From contig OX597817.1 in NCBI GenBank assembly GCA_951406725.2, positions 111,166,001-111,230,000 of the forward strand: a stretch of DNA of 64,000 nt, written 5' to 3'. The notes beneath the pieces were generated by a model. It was given only the letters and a program-made list of their open reading frames with translations, was not told the origin of the DNA and made no database searches. The DNA comes from Octopus vulgaris. Taxonomy: Eukaryota. Position numbers and translations under genes: made by a program. Shown here one piece after another: positions 25,596 to 38,947 of the stretch. The first letter of the stretch is position 1. Each line of letters starts with the position of its first letter.

Positions 25596-27187
25596 TTCTC
25601 CCACAATACTTCTGTTTACCAAATTTATTTACATGGCATTGGTTGGCCAAGGGCTGGAGTAGAAGATATTTGTTCATGGTGCAGTGCTTTGGGACTGAAC
25701 CTGGAACCACATGATTGCTAATCCAAATTGTTAATCACACAGGAATGCCTATTTTATGTAGTTTTAAATTTTTTAGGGATTTTACTTTTATTCAATATTT
25801 TTTACAGTATCATGTATTTTGAATTGTTTTGCTACTTCCTTCTTAAAATTCATTTCATCTCTTCCAAATTTAAATTTAAGATAGTGAAAATTATATTTTG
25901 AAGTATATTCTTTTTCAAGTATATATGTTAAGCATACTTAAAACATGATGTGTTCATGAATAAGGGCTGGATTCTTCATTTATACACATCTTTCTTTGTG
26001 GGAGCAAATTGTCATAACTTGATTTCACTATGCATTATTTTGTTATTATTGTTATCTTTAAAAGAAAGGCAATTTTATAAGGTTAATATTTTACTGATGT
26101 TTGAGGTAATGCTGTTAAAAATAACTAACAATTTATAATTCAAATCTTACATGAAAAGGATTATATTATTATTATAATTTCAGTGTTTTAGTTGAGGGAT
26201 TATATTTATTTTTAATTAATATTACATTCCTAGATTTGGTGTAGTTAGTAATTGCGGGAGTATATATGTGTGTATAATATATAAGAGAGACTAAGTGAAT
26301 TCGTATATTGTCAGGATTTGTTTGAAATGAATTATTCTGTAATATAACCTAATTTGCAATGAATGTAGCTTTTTAATGAAAACACAAATGTTGATTAGTT
26401 TGTTTTTAAACTCTAGAAATTAGTGATATTTTGAGTGAGGGCATTCTGTTTGCTATTATATATGTTGTGCAGATTTTTACAATTATACTGTTTAATATGA
26501 TTTTTGTTTCTCATAGGCTATTTCATCTTAATTTTCCAATTACTTTGACATAACAACATTCTGCCAAAATAATGAGAAAATTCAATTGTTTGAAACACAC
26601 TACTAATTTAATTTCATAAAATTATGTTGAAAACCTTTTACTTTTTCATTATTATTCCAGTTACAGTTACATTGGTGAAATCACCTAAATGGATACTTGC
26701 CAATAACAATTTCACATTCTGAAAATGTTATGGTGTAAGTTTTGTCATGTCTGTATCAGTTTATGTTCCCAGAGGTCTATAAAATAATTTCCAAAAGTCT
26801 TCCTTTCATTAAATTTAATGTAAGATCCCTTTCCCTCTGTCAAACTTTATAAAGTAGTTAACAAGAGAAACCTTAGTATTACTTAGATCATAATCTGCCA
26901 AAGTGGTTAGTATTTTACCTAGTTAACACTTAATTCTGTTTTACCAGTACAATCCCAAGAGTAATGTTATAGTGGCTTTTATTTTGCTTTATGCAGCTAA
27001 TTCTTTCTCCAGCATGATTATTTGCAAAGTCCAATAAGTGATAAATCTAAGTTAAACAGGACTGTTGTTATTGTTGTCAAGAGCCACATCAGTTGTAGTC
27101 AAACAAGTTTATGATTAAAGATGTTTCAGCTGTGACCATTTCATTTTCATTGGGGGTATTATCATCAGATGTGTCCTACTCTTCTAA

Positions 27188-27576
27188 AACAATAACTCTG
27201 AGCACCTCTTCAAACTCCACCTGTCTAACACCTGTGGACATGTTTACAAAGTCAGAAAACAGCACAGCTCTCATGACTTTCGGAAACATTTTTTCATGCT
27301 AAGAGTTGCTGAAGCATGGAACAAACTTCTGGCATCAGTTGTTAGTTGTCGGAGCACTGCATCCTTCAAAACTTCCATGCTTCCTGAGATTTGCCAACAC
27401 TACACCTGATTTTCTCCCCTCCATACACACGCAAGCATGTATCTGACTCATACACTGTTCACTTCCCAGACATTTGTACATTGCTGCATATTTTTTACAC
27501 GCACTTTTGACAAGTTGTGGTGCACCTGAGCACTGTATACAATAATTTCATTATTATTATTATCATTATTATTATT
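27188..27576 (+). mobile_element. CR1-type LINE 3' end: ORF2 C-terminus (stop 27407-27409), 3' UTR, (ATT)n tail
   Basis: Open frame EHLFKLHLSNTCGHVYKVRKQHSSHDFRKHFFMLRVAEAWNKLLASVVSCRSTASFK fits the CR1 TRGH..K...RK.FF..RV...WN.LP..VV...S...FK signature. Confidence 0.88.
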
Positions 27577-28592
27577 AACAGTGTGTGATTTGTAGGCTGC
27601 CATTTCTAATAGTTTGAGTAACTTCATAGAGTCTCTCTTGTTAATTGGTAGCTTAGGGAAGTATTCAATTGTAAATGAGAATTTACCATTTAATTCTACA
27701 ATGGCAAATTCTCATTTACCAATGTAGAATTAAATGTAAAATTCAGGGAAACCTGAATTCTACAATTTGTCAGTTTAACATTTTACCTCTAATGATAGTT
27801 ATTATTGCATTACTTTAGAATGGGAAAGAAGCAGTAGTGAATCAAATCATTTAACATCTGTTGCTGGTATGATATAGCCATTTATCAATATAGTTTACTA
27901 GTGTCAGTGGTTTTTAATTAGGCACCACCCTATTCACCATCATTTGGGTGAATGAACTCAGACTAAAATACTTATATATTGATGAACTAAAGTGCTATAG
28001 ACATACAGGAATAAGGACACAAGATTTATTTTACCAATTTTGCCCTTTTTCTACCATAATTTCTTTCACAGGAAAAGAACTAATGGTTATTTGAAGGAAT
28101 AGTAACAAAACACACACACACACACTCTCTCTTTCTCTCAAAAAAAAAAAGAGGAAATTATTAGTTAATTACTATTTTACAATAAGCAATAAAAGATTAA
28201 TTTAATTTGAAGTATTTCATTTTTAAATGTTCTGTAATATCATATTATTATTTTAGGCATTATTATCATCTATTTTGCTTAATCTGCACATGTACTGAGC
28301 CCCTCCCTTCTTCTACCCTGGGACAGACATTGTTCTGTCTTTCACAATTCTTTGTTCGAAACCTACCAAAATCAGAGATCTCTGTGAGAGCCATGTATTT
28401 TTATCATTTGGCCTGTTAGCAACTGAACAGGTAAAAAATCAGAGAGAGTGAAAGAGAGAGGGGGCAACACAAAGGATTATCCAGAGTGCTGGTATTGAAT
28501 TTCTTTATATGAGCAACTTAGCTGTAATTTTAAAAACTGGTACCAATTCCTCTCATAATAAAATATACCAGTAGTTATTGGCCTAAGTTTTA

Positions 28593-28594
<2 letters not shown>

Positions 28595-28676
<82 letters not shown>

Positions 28677-28888
28677 ATGTCTATATGTATGTGTGTGTGT
28701 ATGTGTATATGTATGTGTGTGTATATGTATGTATGTGTGTGTGTATGTGTATATGTATGTATGTGTGTGTGTGTGTATGTATATATGTATGTATGTATGT
28801 GTGTGTATGTATATATGTATGTATGTGTGTGTATGTATGTGTGTGTGTGTATGTATGTATATATGTATGTATGTACATATCTATATAT
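28595..28888. repeat. Compound (TA)n/(TG)n/(TATG)n microsatellite
   Basis: Directly visible. Confidence 0.98.
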
Positions 28889-29599
28889 CTTCAAGTAGTA
28901 GATAATAAAAAGCGATACTTTGGATTGCATACAGTTGGTTAGTCACATTTCTCCCTTATTTTAGTTTTCTCTTTGTATTGTTTACAAAGAGAGAAAGAAG
29001 AAGAAAAGTTCCAAATTTATGAGTTTTGAAGAGCTAAGATCTTCATATAAAATGCCTCATAACTATTCTACCTTGTATAACTTCTCTCTTTAAATTCTCT
29101 AATTCCATGTAAGAAAAAAAAGTAAATGACATCAGATAGCATTTTATTTAAAGCTTTTGTTTTTTAAATTGTTTTTTTGTGAACAGAAATAGCAACATTT
29201 AATGTTACTTACTTCTGATAAGAGAGGGTGGACACAGAGTTTTCTTTATATAGTGATTTTTATTCAAATGTTTTATGTTCATGTCTTTCAAGAAGAAAAT
29301 GGAATTTCTTAAACCTCTTTATTGCCAATCTTTCTTTCATTTATTACCTTTAGGTAACAATCAATATATTGTCTCATTGTGAATTTTTTTTTATTCAAAA
29401 CCAACTACGAACGAAAAAATATATCTTTCACAAGCTTCCTTCCCTCAATTCATGTGTGTGTTCATTATCTATCATTTCTAAGAGCACAAACTGAGTTTGA
29501 GCTTTGGAGAAAGAGTTTTCTGACTGAATACTGTTTCTGTTATTAGCAATTTTATCACAAAATGAAATCAGTGCTTATTTTCCATTAGTGTAAACTGTG

Positions 29600-29920
29600 A
29601 TTGTCAGCGGATTGTTCTATAATCCATTGAATTATTGGAGCATCATTGAAACCTTCCTCTTCATATATAGTGTATCAAGAACAAATCAGCTTAACAGAGC
29701 TCTTCACTCTGCAACCTATATTTGCAGGACTCTTGAACTTTGCTATGAACAGACTAACAAAATACCCATCAAATTTACTGCACATCATCTGCTACAGCAG
29801 TATTTTTTCCTTGTCAAATGGACGGTGACAATCAAAAATGTGAAGTGTAGGCTAAAGACACAATGTTACAGAGAGGATTTGAGTCGCACTGGATTGGCCA
29901 TCTGCTGTCATCATGCACAA
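29600..29920 (+). mobile_element. Highly decayed LINE reverse transcriptase remnant (CR1/jockey-like)
   Basis: VSG...SIIETFLFIYS resembles SGVPQGSVLGPLLFLIY; downstream REDLSR resembles LQxDL. Weak match. Confidence 0.35.
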
Positions 29921-29989
29921 TTTAAACTTTTTTTAGTATTAACCTCATCTTAAAAGATAAAATATTTTTCTTTAATATTAATATAACTT

Positions 29990-30175
29990 TTGGTTTCAAA
30001 TTTTGCCACAAGGCCAACAATTTTGGAGAAGCAGCTAAATTTAATATAACAACCTTGATTTCAGCTGGTAACTTATTTCATTGACCCCAAAGGATGAAAG
30101 ATGAAGTCGGTCTTGGCAGAATTTGAACTCACAATGTGAAAATGGATGAAATGCTGTTAAGTATTTTGCCCAGCA
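29990..30175 (-). mobile_element. Nin-like SINE, diverged
   Basis: ttgaccccaaaggatgaaagatgaagtcggtcttggcagaatttgaactc. Confidence 0.75.
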
Positions 30176-30399
30176 TAAATATTAATATAGATATTAAACT
30201 CTATGTTCAAATCTCTGATCACCATCATTTCTCTTGCTGCTCATTATGTATATAGTACTGATACAAATCAAGACTAGTGCAATGTACAGATCCAGGAGTA
30301 AGACATTGGATGATGATCAGAGATCAAGCTGATGGAAGCATAATGTAGATTGATAGTCTGAAAAATTGAAATTGTGTTAATAACCACTCATCTTAGTCA

Positions 30400-30810
30400 T
30401 TTAAGCAAACACCTCCTATATAGATTATATGTTACTTTGAGTCCCTCATTTCAACCTATCTTTTTCTACTTTCCCTGATCATTTTTTAGGGTTCTCTTAT
30501 CATCATTAAATATCATTCATTCTCAGCAGATTAAATGTCATAGATCATCGGCAGTCTTTCCTGTACTCTCCTTATACATTCACTGTTCCACCTATATAAT
30601 TATTGGCTTTTCCCCAATCATTTTGTCTTCTTTTAAACAGTCTCTGTAAACTATTTTTTTCTCATAGTCTAAAATATTTTAGTTTTCTCTCTTTGATGGT
30701 TTCTAATAAAATTTTCTTAGCTCTTGACATTCTGAGTACTTTATTGTTTTGTGTTCTGTCCTTGATATTCTCAAAAGTCTCCTAATATGCCTTCATCTCA
30801 AAAGCAGTTA
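30400..30810 (-). mobile_element. Decayed RTE/BovB-like LINE fragment
   Basis: Minus strand gives, across a stop and frameshift, AFEMKAY*ETF / RRLLRISRTEHKT / KVLRMSRAKKILLETIKERKLKYFR, matching the RTE AFEM..YRR.LRI.W...RKL.YFGH signature. Confidence 0.7.
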
Positions 30811-31944
30811 TCATCAAACAAGAGACAGCCTCAAGAAGTTTTAGTCTCAAATGGGTAAGACACAGCCTCAAGAGGTTTTAGTATCAAAGGGGTTAATGTA
30901 GAATAGATTGCTCATTCTAGCTTGCTAAACTAACTGGTAGACTCAAGTTAGAGGCTGAGCCACATTAATCTGGTAACATATTCTCAATAGCTTAGTAAAC
31001 TAAGGCAACTAGAAATATGTGCACATGCACCTGCACACACACACACATGCATGCATATACATACATGTACTTGCATGCATACAGATACACACACATACAC
31101 ACAATCCCAGTAGCAAATCTGAATTCAATCAGCAATCTTCCATGTATGATGTATATAGAAAGTATAATTTTACTTCTTTAGATCAATAGAGTTTTTTGCA
31201 TGCTAACCTGATCAGTTTTCTCTCATAGAATTGTATTTGATTAACATACTAGCTTCTTTAAACCATTTCTATAAAACATATTAAGAGTATGTTGTTTGTT
31301 TCTTGTCAAACGTATAAATATAGTTCATACTGTAAGAATAAACCATTCATATTTCAGATATAAATATCATTCTAAAATAAAGAGCTAATTTTTTTCTGTT
31401 TCAATTCATATATACCAAAAGGAAATCCTTTCTAATTTCCCTTTTCTTTTTTTATGTCAGAATGTAGCTTATCAAAAACACAAAATAACTTCAAAATTTT
31501 ACTTTTAATCTTTTTTTTTAATATTTCCTTCCCATTAGAGAAGTATTCTGAGTATGAGTTTTATAGTACAGACTGTATCCCACTGCTCACTAATTAGTCT
31601 TGGGTATAAGTTACACTAATTACAGTGCTTACATATTTTATTACATTAAGTTTAGGGTCAGACAATATTTTGTTACTGCTCTTTATAGAAAACAGTTTCA
31701 CTCAAACTTTTTGCTGTTATTTCTCACAGTAATTCCTGTCTTATTTGTCATTGAAATGTTATCTGAAACTAAATAGGGAACCTCTACTTGGTTACTCTAT
31801 CAGTTAGAAACAATAGCTAAATCATTCTTGAATTAAGGCCTATTGTCATGAATGTTTGGTAATATCTGAAAGAATATGATCATGAATACAAGTGGTCAGA
31901 ATGGGATTCTTATGCAGAATCTGTGGGGTAACTGGGCAAAACGG

Positions 31945-32545
31945 AACTTGGTGGAATTGTTAGCACACTGGGCAAAAGTCTTCATAACATTTCATCTATC
32001 ATTATGTTCTGAGTTCAAATTCTGCCTAGGTTAACTTTGCCTTTGAGGTCATTGTGATTCACTTACTCCTTCCCCCCAAATCCTGACCTTGTGCCAAAAT
32101 TTGAAACTTATTATTATTATTATTCATTACCACACCAGACAAAGTGCTTAGTGGCATTTCTTCTGGCTTTATGTTCTGAGTTCAAATGCTGCTCAGATCA
32201 TCTTTCCCTTTCATCATTTTTGGATCAATAAAATAAGTACCAATGAGTACTGGTATCAATGTAGTCAACTTACTGCTTCCCCCAAAACTGCTGATCTTGT
32301 GCCAAAATTTGAAACTATCATCATCATCATAATTATTATTATTATGTCAGCAAGCTGGCAGAACCATTAGCATGCCAGGCAAAATGCTTAGCAGCATTTC
32401 GTCCACTTTTACATTCTGAGTTCAAATTTCACCAAGTTCAGTTTTTTTTCTTCAATTTTGGGTCAATAAAATGAGTACTAGCTGAGCACTGGGGTTGATG
32501 TAATTGACTACTCTTGCCCTAAAAATTTCAGGTCTCATGCCTGTA
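31945..32545 (+). mobile_element. Three head-to-tail Nin-like SINE copies
   Basis: gttctgagttcaaat recurs at ~32005, ~32175 and ~32415; copies are separated by (ATT)/(ATC) tails. Confidence 0.85.
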
Positions 32546-33731
32546 ATCATCTACTGTCTTATGATAATTCTGTTTGTCATTATGTTACTTAGCCCAACAG
32601 TAACACTTTCATATGATTAGAGAAAAAGAGGATAAGGTGAAGAGTGAGGCAGAAAGGGAGAGAAAGAGAAAAGATGGAAAGAGAAGCATCCATGACATGT
32701 GGTAAGGGAACATAACATTTATTACATGATTAAAAAAGTTAGTTGAAGATAGTGATATAGAGGAGAGTTAGAAATATTATTTTAGCAGAGGGGTGATGTT
32801 CTGATGGTGAGATTAAAGAAAGGTAGGCAGAGAGAGAGAGATGGTGATGGTGGTGGCACTCATGGTAATGGTGAGTGCATAGTGAAAAGTAATTTGTTTT
32901 TCAATTGAACTAAGTGTTTTATATCACCTATCACTTTATGTATACGCATCCCAAACTTGCCATTGACTTTAGAAAGAAATCAGTTTCCCATTCACCTATA
33001 ATAAATAATAAATCACAAGGGCAGGCATTTGATAAAGTGGAGCTATTCTTGTCTGAGCCTGTATTCGGCCATTGTCAGCTATATGTTGCATTTTCAGGTT
33101 CTTGCAAATTATTTGATGTGAGGGTTAAAGTTATCAACACTGACAAACAAGGGAAAAGAAGAAGAAGAACTTACATGAAGAACATAGTCTGCAAAGAAGT
33201 ATCAGATTGAAAAGTGTACACAAATTGAAGTGTGTATTGGCTCTGACCCATCACCTTGGTTTATAAGTTACCAATGGTGTGGTTTTCAGAGTATGCCATG
33301 TTGCATTAAATTTTTACCCCCATGAAGTTGTGACCCCTACATTTTACATATGAAATAATGTTTTTTACTGTAAAAGTTTTGTTTTCTAGGTATTAAATTG
33401 TGACCATGTAAATTTTAAAATGTAATTTTTTTCTGTTTATGAGAAAAACAGAAAAATAAGAGTGAATATTTATTTTATGAGTGCTGTGTATTAAGTCTAT
33501 AAAATTGTGCATAAAGTATATAAAGTGTATTTATAAAGTGCATTAAGTAATCATTGTAGTCAAATTACCTTCACTTTTCAATGAATAGCAGATGAGCAAC
33601 TATCTTTTGATACAGACACAACACAGGCTACACTTTCAGGTATTTTGGATAAAGTTTTCAGGAATAACCCAATGGGTTTACTATTAATTTTGTGAAATAT
33701 TCATGGGTCCTGCTAGTCATCATTATTATTA

Positions 33732-34160
33732 AAGGCAGCAAGCTGACAAAATTGTTACTGGACTAAATGCTTCATGGCATTTCTTTTGGTTTTTTGTTCT
33801 GAGTTCAAATTCTGCTGGGGTCAACTTTGCTTCTATTTTTTGAGTTCAATAACATAAGTATCAGCTGAGTACTGGGATCAATGTAATTGTCTAACCCCAT
33901 TCCCCAAAATTTCAGCCTGTGTACCTTTAGTAGAAAGGATTATTTGTATTATTAATATGGAAGGCCTATAGAATCACTACAGCTTAGCAACATTTCTTTT
34001 GGGTCTTTATATTTTGAATTCAAATACTACTGAGGTCAATTTTACCTTTCCGCCTTTTGGGGTTGATAAAATTAAGTGCTGGGTTTGATGTAATCGGCTT
34101 TCCCTCTCTCCTCAAAATTGGTAGCCTTGTGCCAAAGTTTAAAAAAATATTATTACTGTT
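33732..34160 (+). mobile_element. Two head-to-tail Nin-like SINE copies
   Basis: Family core at ~33800 and ~34020 with ATT-rich tails. Confidence 0.8.
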
Positions 34161-35070
34161 ATTAGTCAGCTAGTAAATTAACCAGTTAACTATTTGATTA
34201 TATAAATATATGTGGTTGTTAAATTAAGGTTATCAGTTTCAAACAAGTTTAAGAATAACTACTTAACAGGGACCTAATATGGAGAGTAGAGTAGGTCAAA
34301 TTGTATTGAACTCCAAGTTTCACCCGACATTACCTTTTCATTTCATTTATTTATTTACTTAATTAACTTTACTTATTTTAATGCACTTTGTTTATTTTCT
34401 CATTTATTTTACTGTTTATTTTTGTACTTTTTGGGGAAATAAAATTTAAAGTATTTCTTAAAAAGTGGGCAGAAATATCTGAGAAGAAAAGAAAGTAGTG
34501 TAGAATGTAATAGTATGTACATAAAGGATAGACATTTAAGGAATGAAATCCATTTTATATAAGATTTGGTGAGTCAACCAAATATATCATGCTGAATGCA
34601 AGACTTCAATGAAAGTGATTAAATGTATAGAATTGACAAAATTTTACTCCTTTCTCATCCACTATATGTATAGATGTGTCAATAATGTTTATATCTTTAT
34701 AAACATATATCTTATAATGATTTGAAGTGTAGATTCTGTGAAAGACTGTTACATAAAGGTAAATAATTTGAGCTTCTTCTACTCTCCATTTATATAACAT
34801 GTTTTTTCTCCTGTACATGTGCCAGTGACGTGCTCATGATTTTAGACTTGTGAACAAGTTCTTTTGGGTAAATAAGATCGATTGTCATCCAGAACAAGTT
34901 TGGTTAGTATGACACCAGCTTAGTTGGCCTGGCTGGCTGACCGACTGCTGGCGTTGACCTGTTGAATACCACAGCAAGTGGAATTACTTAATATGGATGA
35001 CAGCAGACACTGTTACATCTTTCTTTCTTCTATGCATGTTGTTCGTTTATTTTGTTCATTTTGTAAATAG

Positions 35071-35076
35071 GCAATG
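35071..35076 (+). other. Candidate 6-nt microexon, or an exon ending in a start codon (GCAATG)
   Basis: T-rich tract...ttgtaaatag|GCAATG|gtgagt: AG acceptor and a consensus donor 6 nt apart; TGCATG about 35 nt upstream. Confidence 0.4.
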
Positions 35077-35896
35077 GTGAGTCACTGTTTCAATGTTGCA
35101 TTGTGATGACGAAGAATTGCAATTTCTTTATCAGCAGCTAAGAGTGAAAGAAATACGGTTACATTTAATAATTCTATTACTTTGGTAATAAATTATTTGC
35201 TGTAGGACAAGGCTTTCTAAACTGTGAAATAGCGATATGTTCATTACAAATTGTACCAGAATTGATATGACTCAGAGATCCCAGCCAGTCAGACAGTATA
35301 AAATGAAAAAAGAATAATAATAATTTCTCTATTCAGATGAAGGTCAAATACATTTGAGGTGGGAGTAATTCTTTCATTGAAAGCAATGATTGCTATCTGG
35401 ATTTGAACTTCATGTTGTAGCTAAATTCTTTCACTTATACTTTGTTCAGCATTTCATTTTTGTTTTGTTTGAAAGAAATACCCTTTTTTGGTGGGTGGGA
35501 AGGTTTATAAGTTAAAAAAGAATCTAGTCCATATAACACTCCTTAGTAGAATTTAATGGCAAATATTTTACCAGGCTTTACAGTAGTCAATTGGCAGAAT
35601 TATTAGAGTATCAGACAAAAGCCTGCAGTAGCTAGTTACAGTATTTTGTATACTGACTTCAAATACTACAGCTGATGTTAGCTTTGCCTTTCATTTATCT
35701 GCAGTCAGTAAAATGAAGTACCAGTTAAATTACTGGGTTGATTTTATACACCAATAAAGCATCCTAAATGTGTATAGACATATCTACAGAACTGAAAAAC
35801 AGTCTAAGCAGAAATAAGATATAACCCAAATGGTAAATATTAAAGATTAATGAATGAAAAAGAAACAATAATAATAATATTAATAATAATAATAAT

Positions 35897-36110
35897 TCTT
35901 TCTACTACAGGCACAAGGCCTGAAATTTGGTGGGAGGGAACCTGTCAATTACATCAACTCCAGTACATAACTGATACTTAATTTATCGACCCCCCTGAAA
36001 GGATGAAGAGCAAAGTTAACCCCAGCAGCATTTGAACTCAGAACATGAAGACAGACAAAATACTGCTGAGCATTTCGCCTGGTGTGCTAACAATCTGCCA
36101 GCTCACTGCC

Positions 36111-36112
<2 letters not shown>
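35897..36112 (-). mobile_element. Nin-like SINE flanked by (AAT)n
   Basis: Colinear with 25362-25595 over the head and core. Confidence 0.85.

Positions 36113-36184
<72 letters not shown>
36113..36184. repeat. (AAT)n microsatellite
   Basis: Directly visible. Confidence 0.98.
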
Positions 36185-36185
<1 letters not shown>

Positions 36186-37879
36186 GTTATGATGATCACA
36201 ATTACAATCTTATTACTTATATTTATGATGATGACTCGAGAAGATAATTGACCAGGTGCTTTCAAGATGCCCCACACAGACTTATACTGAATATCAAATT
36301 ACACAGATATAACAAAGAGGCTAGCTATGTATGTATTTACACAGTAAAATCTACAAATGCTACCAGATACCCACCTGAAAAAGAATACCTTTGGTAAGTT
36401 AGCATATCAAAACAGTGCTGCTGATAAGGCTAAAAACTTTTTAATAATGCTGAAAAATTTTCCAAATACATGAGATATCAAACAAGTGGACTATAGTGGT
36501 ACATGACTGCTATACCCAGAATACTTGAAGCATTGGTGGTGATAATGAGAAAGGAAGTGTTCAAAACAATAGAATTTTCTTTAAACGATTTGATGATTTT
36601 AGGCTTTTCAGCACCCTCTTGTAAGTTCATATTTTGTGGGGGAGGTTGAATACTGATGTGTTTTACCAATGTGGAACTTCACTGATATCTTTCAATTTTA
36701 GTCATTGTCACTAAATCTCAGGTAAGCCCTGATCAAAGTAACCTATGATAAAAGTAAGGCCTGCTCCAGAGTATTCAGTATCTTAATTTAGCCCTACAAT
36801 ATGCACTCACTTCTTCAATTTTTTTCCTATAACTTCCTCCAGCCATTACCCTTTTACACCAGCTGAAAAATTATAACTAACTTGCTGTGAAAATAGAATT
36901 GTCTTTGATTTACTGGATAAATAGGTTTATCTCACAATATGCAAATCTATTCATTCAATGCTATTGAAGAAAATTTCATTTTTTTTTTTGTCCTAAGAAA
37001 TGTTCTGTCCAAAGCTTTAATACTTGTCAATGTCACAACATACAAACTTGTTCAAATTTGCTGGCCTTATTGATTTTTGTTGAAGTAAACCATCACCTTG
37101 AACTCTGATTTGTTTTGTAGTCTTTGTGTCTCCATAAAGACCATTGTACAGTTTTTTTTTTTCAATCTAAACTGTCATAACATTCTATAAGTATTATTTT
37201 TGGTATGTGTATGCCCTAGTTTCTTTTTCAAAATACCTCCCACTATTAAAATAAATTGGAACGCTAGAAAAAACATGAGTTCCTTGGTATATTATTGCAT
37301 ATTTTCTGCTGTGTGTCATCCTAAGTAAGACGAGGATATGTTAAGTAAAGTGAGTTTAGTTGCCAAGTTCAATTAATGTACAGGAAGGAGAAAGCACATG
37401 CTTAGCATCTTGGTTCAGTGAAAGAAAACACTAAATAAATTTTCTTTCTAAAATATCTGGTAACAATTTATTAATTAAATTACCAAAAGGAAATTATACA
37501 GTTGTTTCTCCTTGCATAAAAGAAACAATTTTCTGAATGACTTTCCACAATTATGTTTATGAAGTGTTTCTGCAAGAGTTGTTTTATCAAGTCTCTTTTA
37601 TTTTCTATTTCCTTTTCTGAATTGCTGCTTGATGCTTTTCATGTTCTCATTATAACAAAAGATTAATAGTTAATGAAACATAATAAAGACCACATAATTA
37701 AAATAGAAAGGTAAACATCCTTGGTAAGCATTTGGTTCTTAATTAGTTGTGTCACATTTTATTTAGACTCTCAACGCACATGCAAATAGGTGAACAGGTG
37801 ATGATACACTAGTATATTAAAGCTACACATACATGTAAAATATGTGATCTTTCAGATGCTTTTCAAAATAGAGATTTTA

Positions 37880-38088
37880 CCCTTTAGCATTCAGATTACT
37901 TTTATCAAATGTAATGATTATTCATTCACATTGTTTTGAATTAATCCTGCATTATCTTGAAGATTTAAGATTCAAGGATGTGATTATTTAGTTTTAGAAT
38001 GACATTGTAGGGTAGGTGTGAGAGGCTAGAACCAGTCAGCTTGATCATAAAACAGATAGAAGATATGACCTGTTTAAGTGCTAAAGGG
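37880..38088. mobile_element. piggyBac-type MITE
   Basis: Termini ccctttagca / tgctaaaggg; TTAA on the right and TTTA on the left; second partial copy at 16130-16281. Confidence 0.8.
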
Positions 38089-38786
38089 TTAAAATACAGT
38101 TAATGAGTAAAGCTGCACCTTGGCCATTTGTGTGTGTGTGTGTATTTTCCTTGTGTTGACATAAGCATCATATAAATGATGGCATTCATTTCGAGTATTC
38201 CATGAAAAACATGTCTGTCCATGGGGGAAATATTGTCTTGCTTGGAAATAGGTGAGGTTTGGATACAGGAAGGGCATCTGACTGTAGAAACTTTGTCTCC
38301 AATAACTTTTGTCTAAGCCACAAAGGAGGAGGAGGATGATTGTGTGTGTGTGTGTGTGTTCACATTCACTGGGTTCTTCTGACACACTATAAATTGCTGT
38401 TTGATGCTTCATTGCTAGATCAATTTTTTTTTTCTTAAATAGCTAATTCAAGCATTATTCATTATTAACTTCATGTCTTTACCATTGCAGTAGCTTACTG
38501 CAATGTTTTTCAGTATTTCTTCATGAAATTACCTTAAATTACCTTCTAAATTTTCTCCAACTCCCACAATTATATTTCTGTACATTCATTATTTATGCTC
38601 TGTTACAAATATTAGTGTTGTACACCTGAAAACCTCTTTGTTGTCTTACTCAATGTTTGTTATAGCAAGATGCCGTTACGTTTGTTTCTTTCTTAAAATG
38701 GTATTGTCCTAGCAAGCAGTTCATAGGTGAAGATGCAAAGATTTCTATACTGTTGTTTAACTCTGATTGAGCAGACAATTAAAGTG

Positions 38787-38947
38787 CCGTTTTTAACATG
38801 TATAAGAAACCCCCTGATTTTGGGGGGCTTAAAATTTGGAAAAAAGGTTTTGTAAGGGATTATAATACTATCTATGTATAAGAAACTCCCATATTTTTTT
38901 AACCTAACTTTTGACAAAAAGGGTTCTTTATACATGTTAAAATACGG
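38787..38947. mobile_element. pogo/Tigger-type (Tc1/mariner superfamily) MITE
   Basis: Termini ccgtttttaacatgtataa / ttatacatgttaaaatacgg; TA on the right and TG on the left. Confidence 0.75.

Noticed and set aside
28392-28436. gccATG followed by a cag|gtaaaa donor-like site
   Set aside because: The frame stops after 8 codons, before the donor; no other support.
28583-28942. Several overlapping ORFs of 65-115 aa
   Set aside because: Translations of TA/TG/TATG microsatellite; the same applies to ORFs at 11.2, 36.0, 46.3-46.9, 47.5 and 58.6-59.2 kb.
29597-29953. 118-aa ORF as a host gene
   Set aside because: No ATG start or clear splice signals; better explained as a decayed LINE RT.
35102-35215. 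C-box-like GTGATGA suggesting a C/D snoRNA
   Set aside because: No suitably placed CTGA D box or terminal stem seen.
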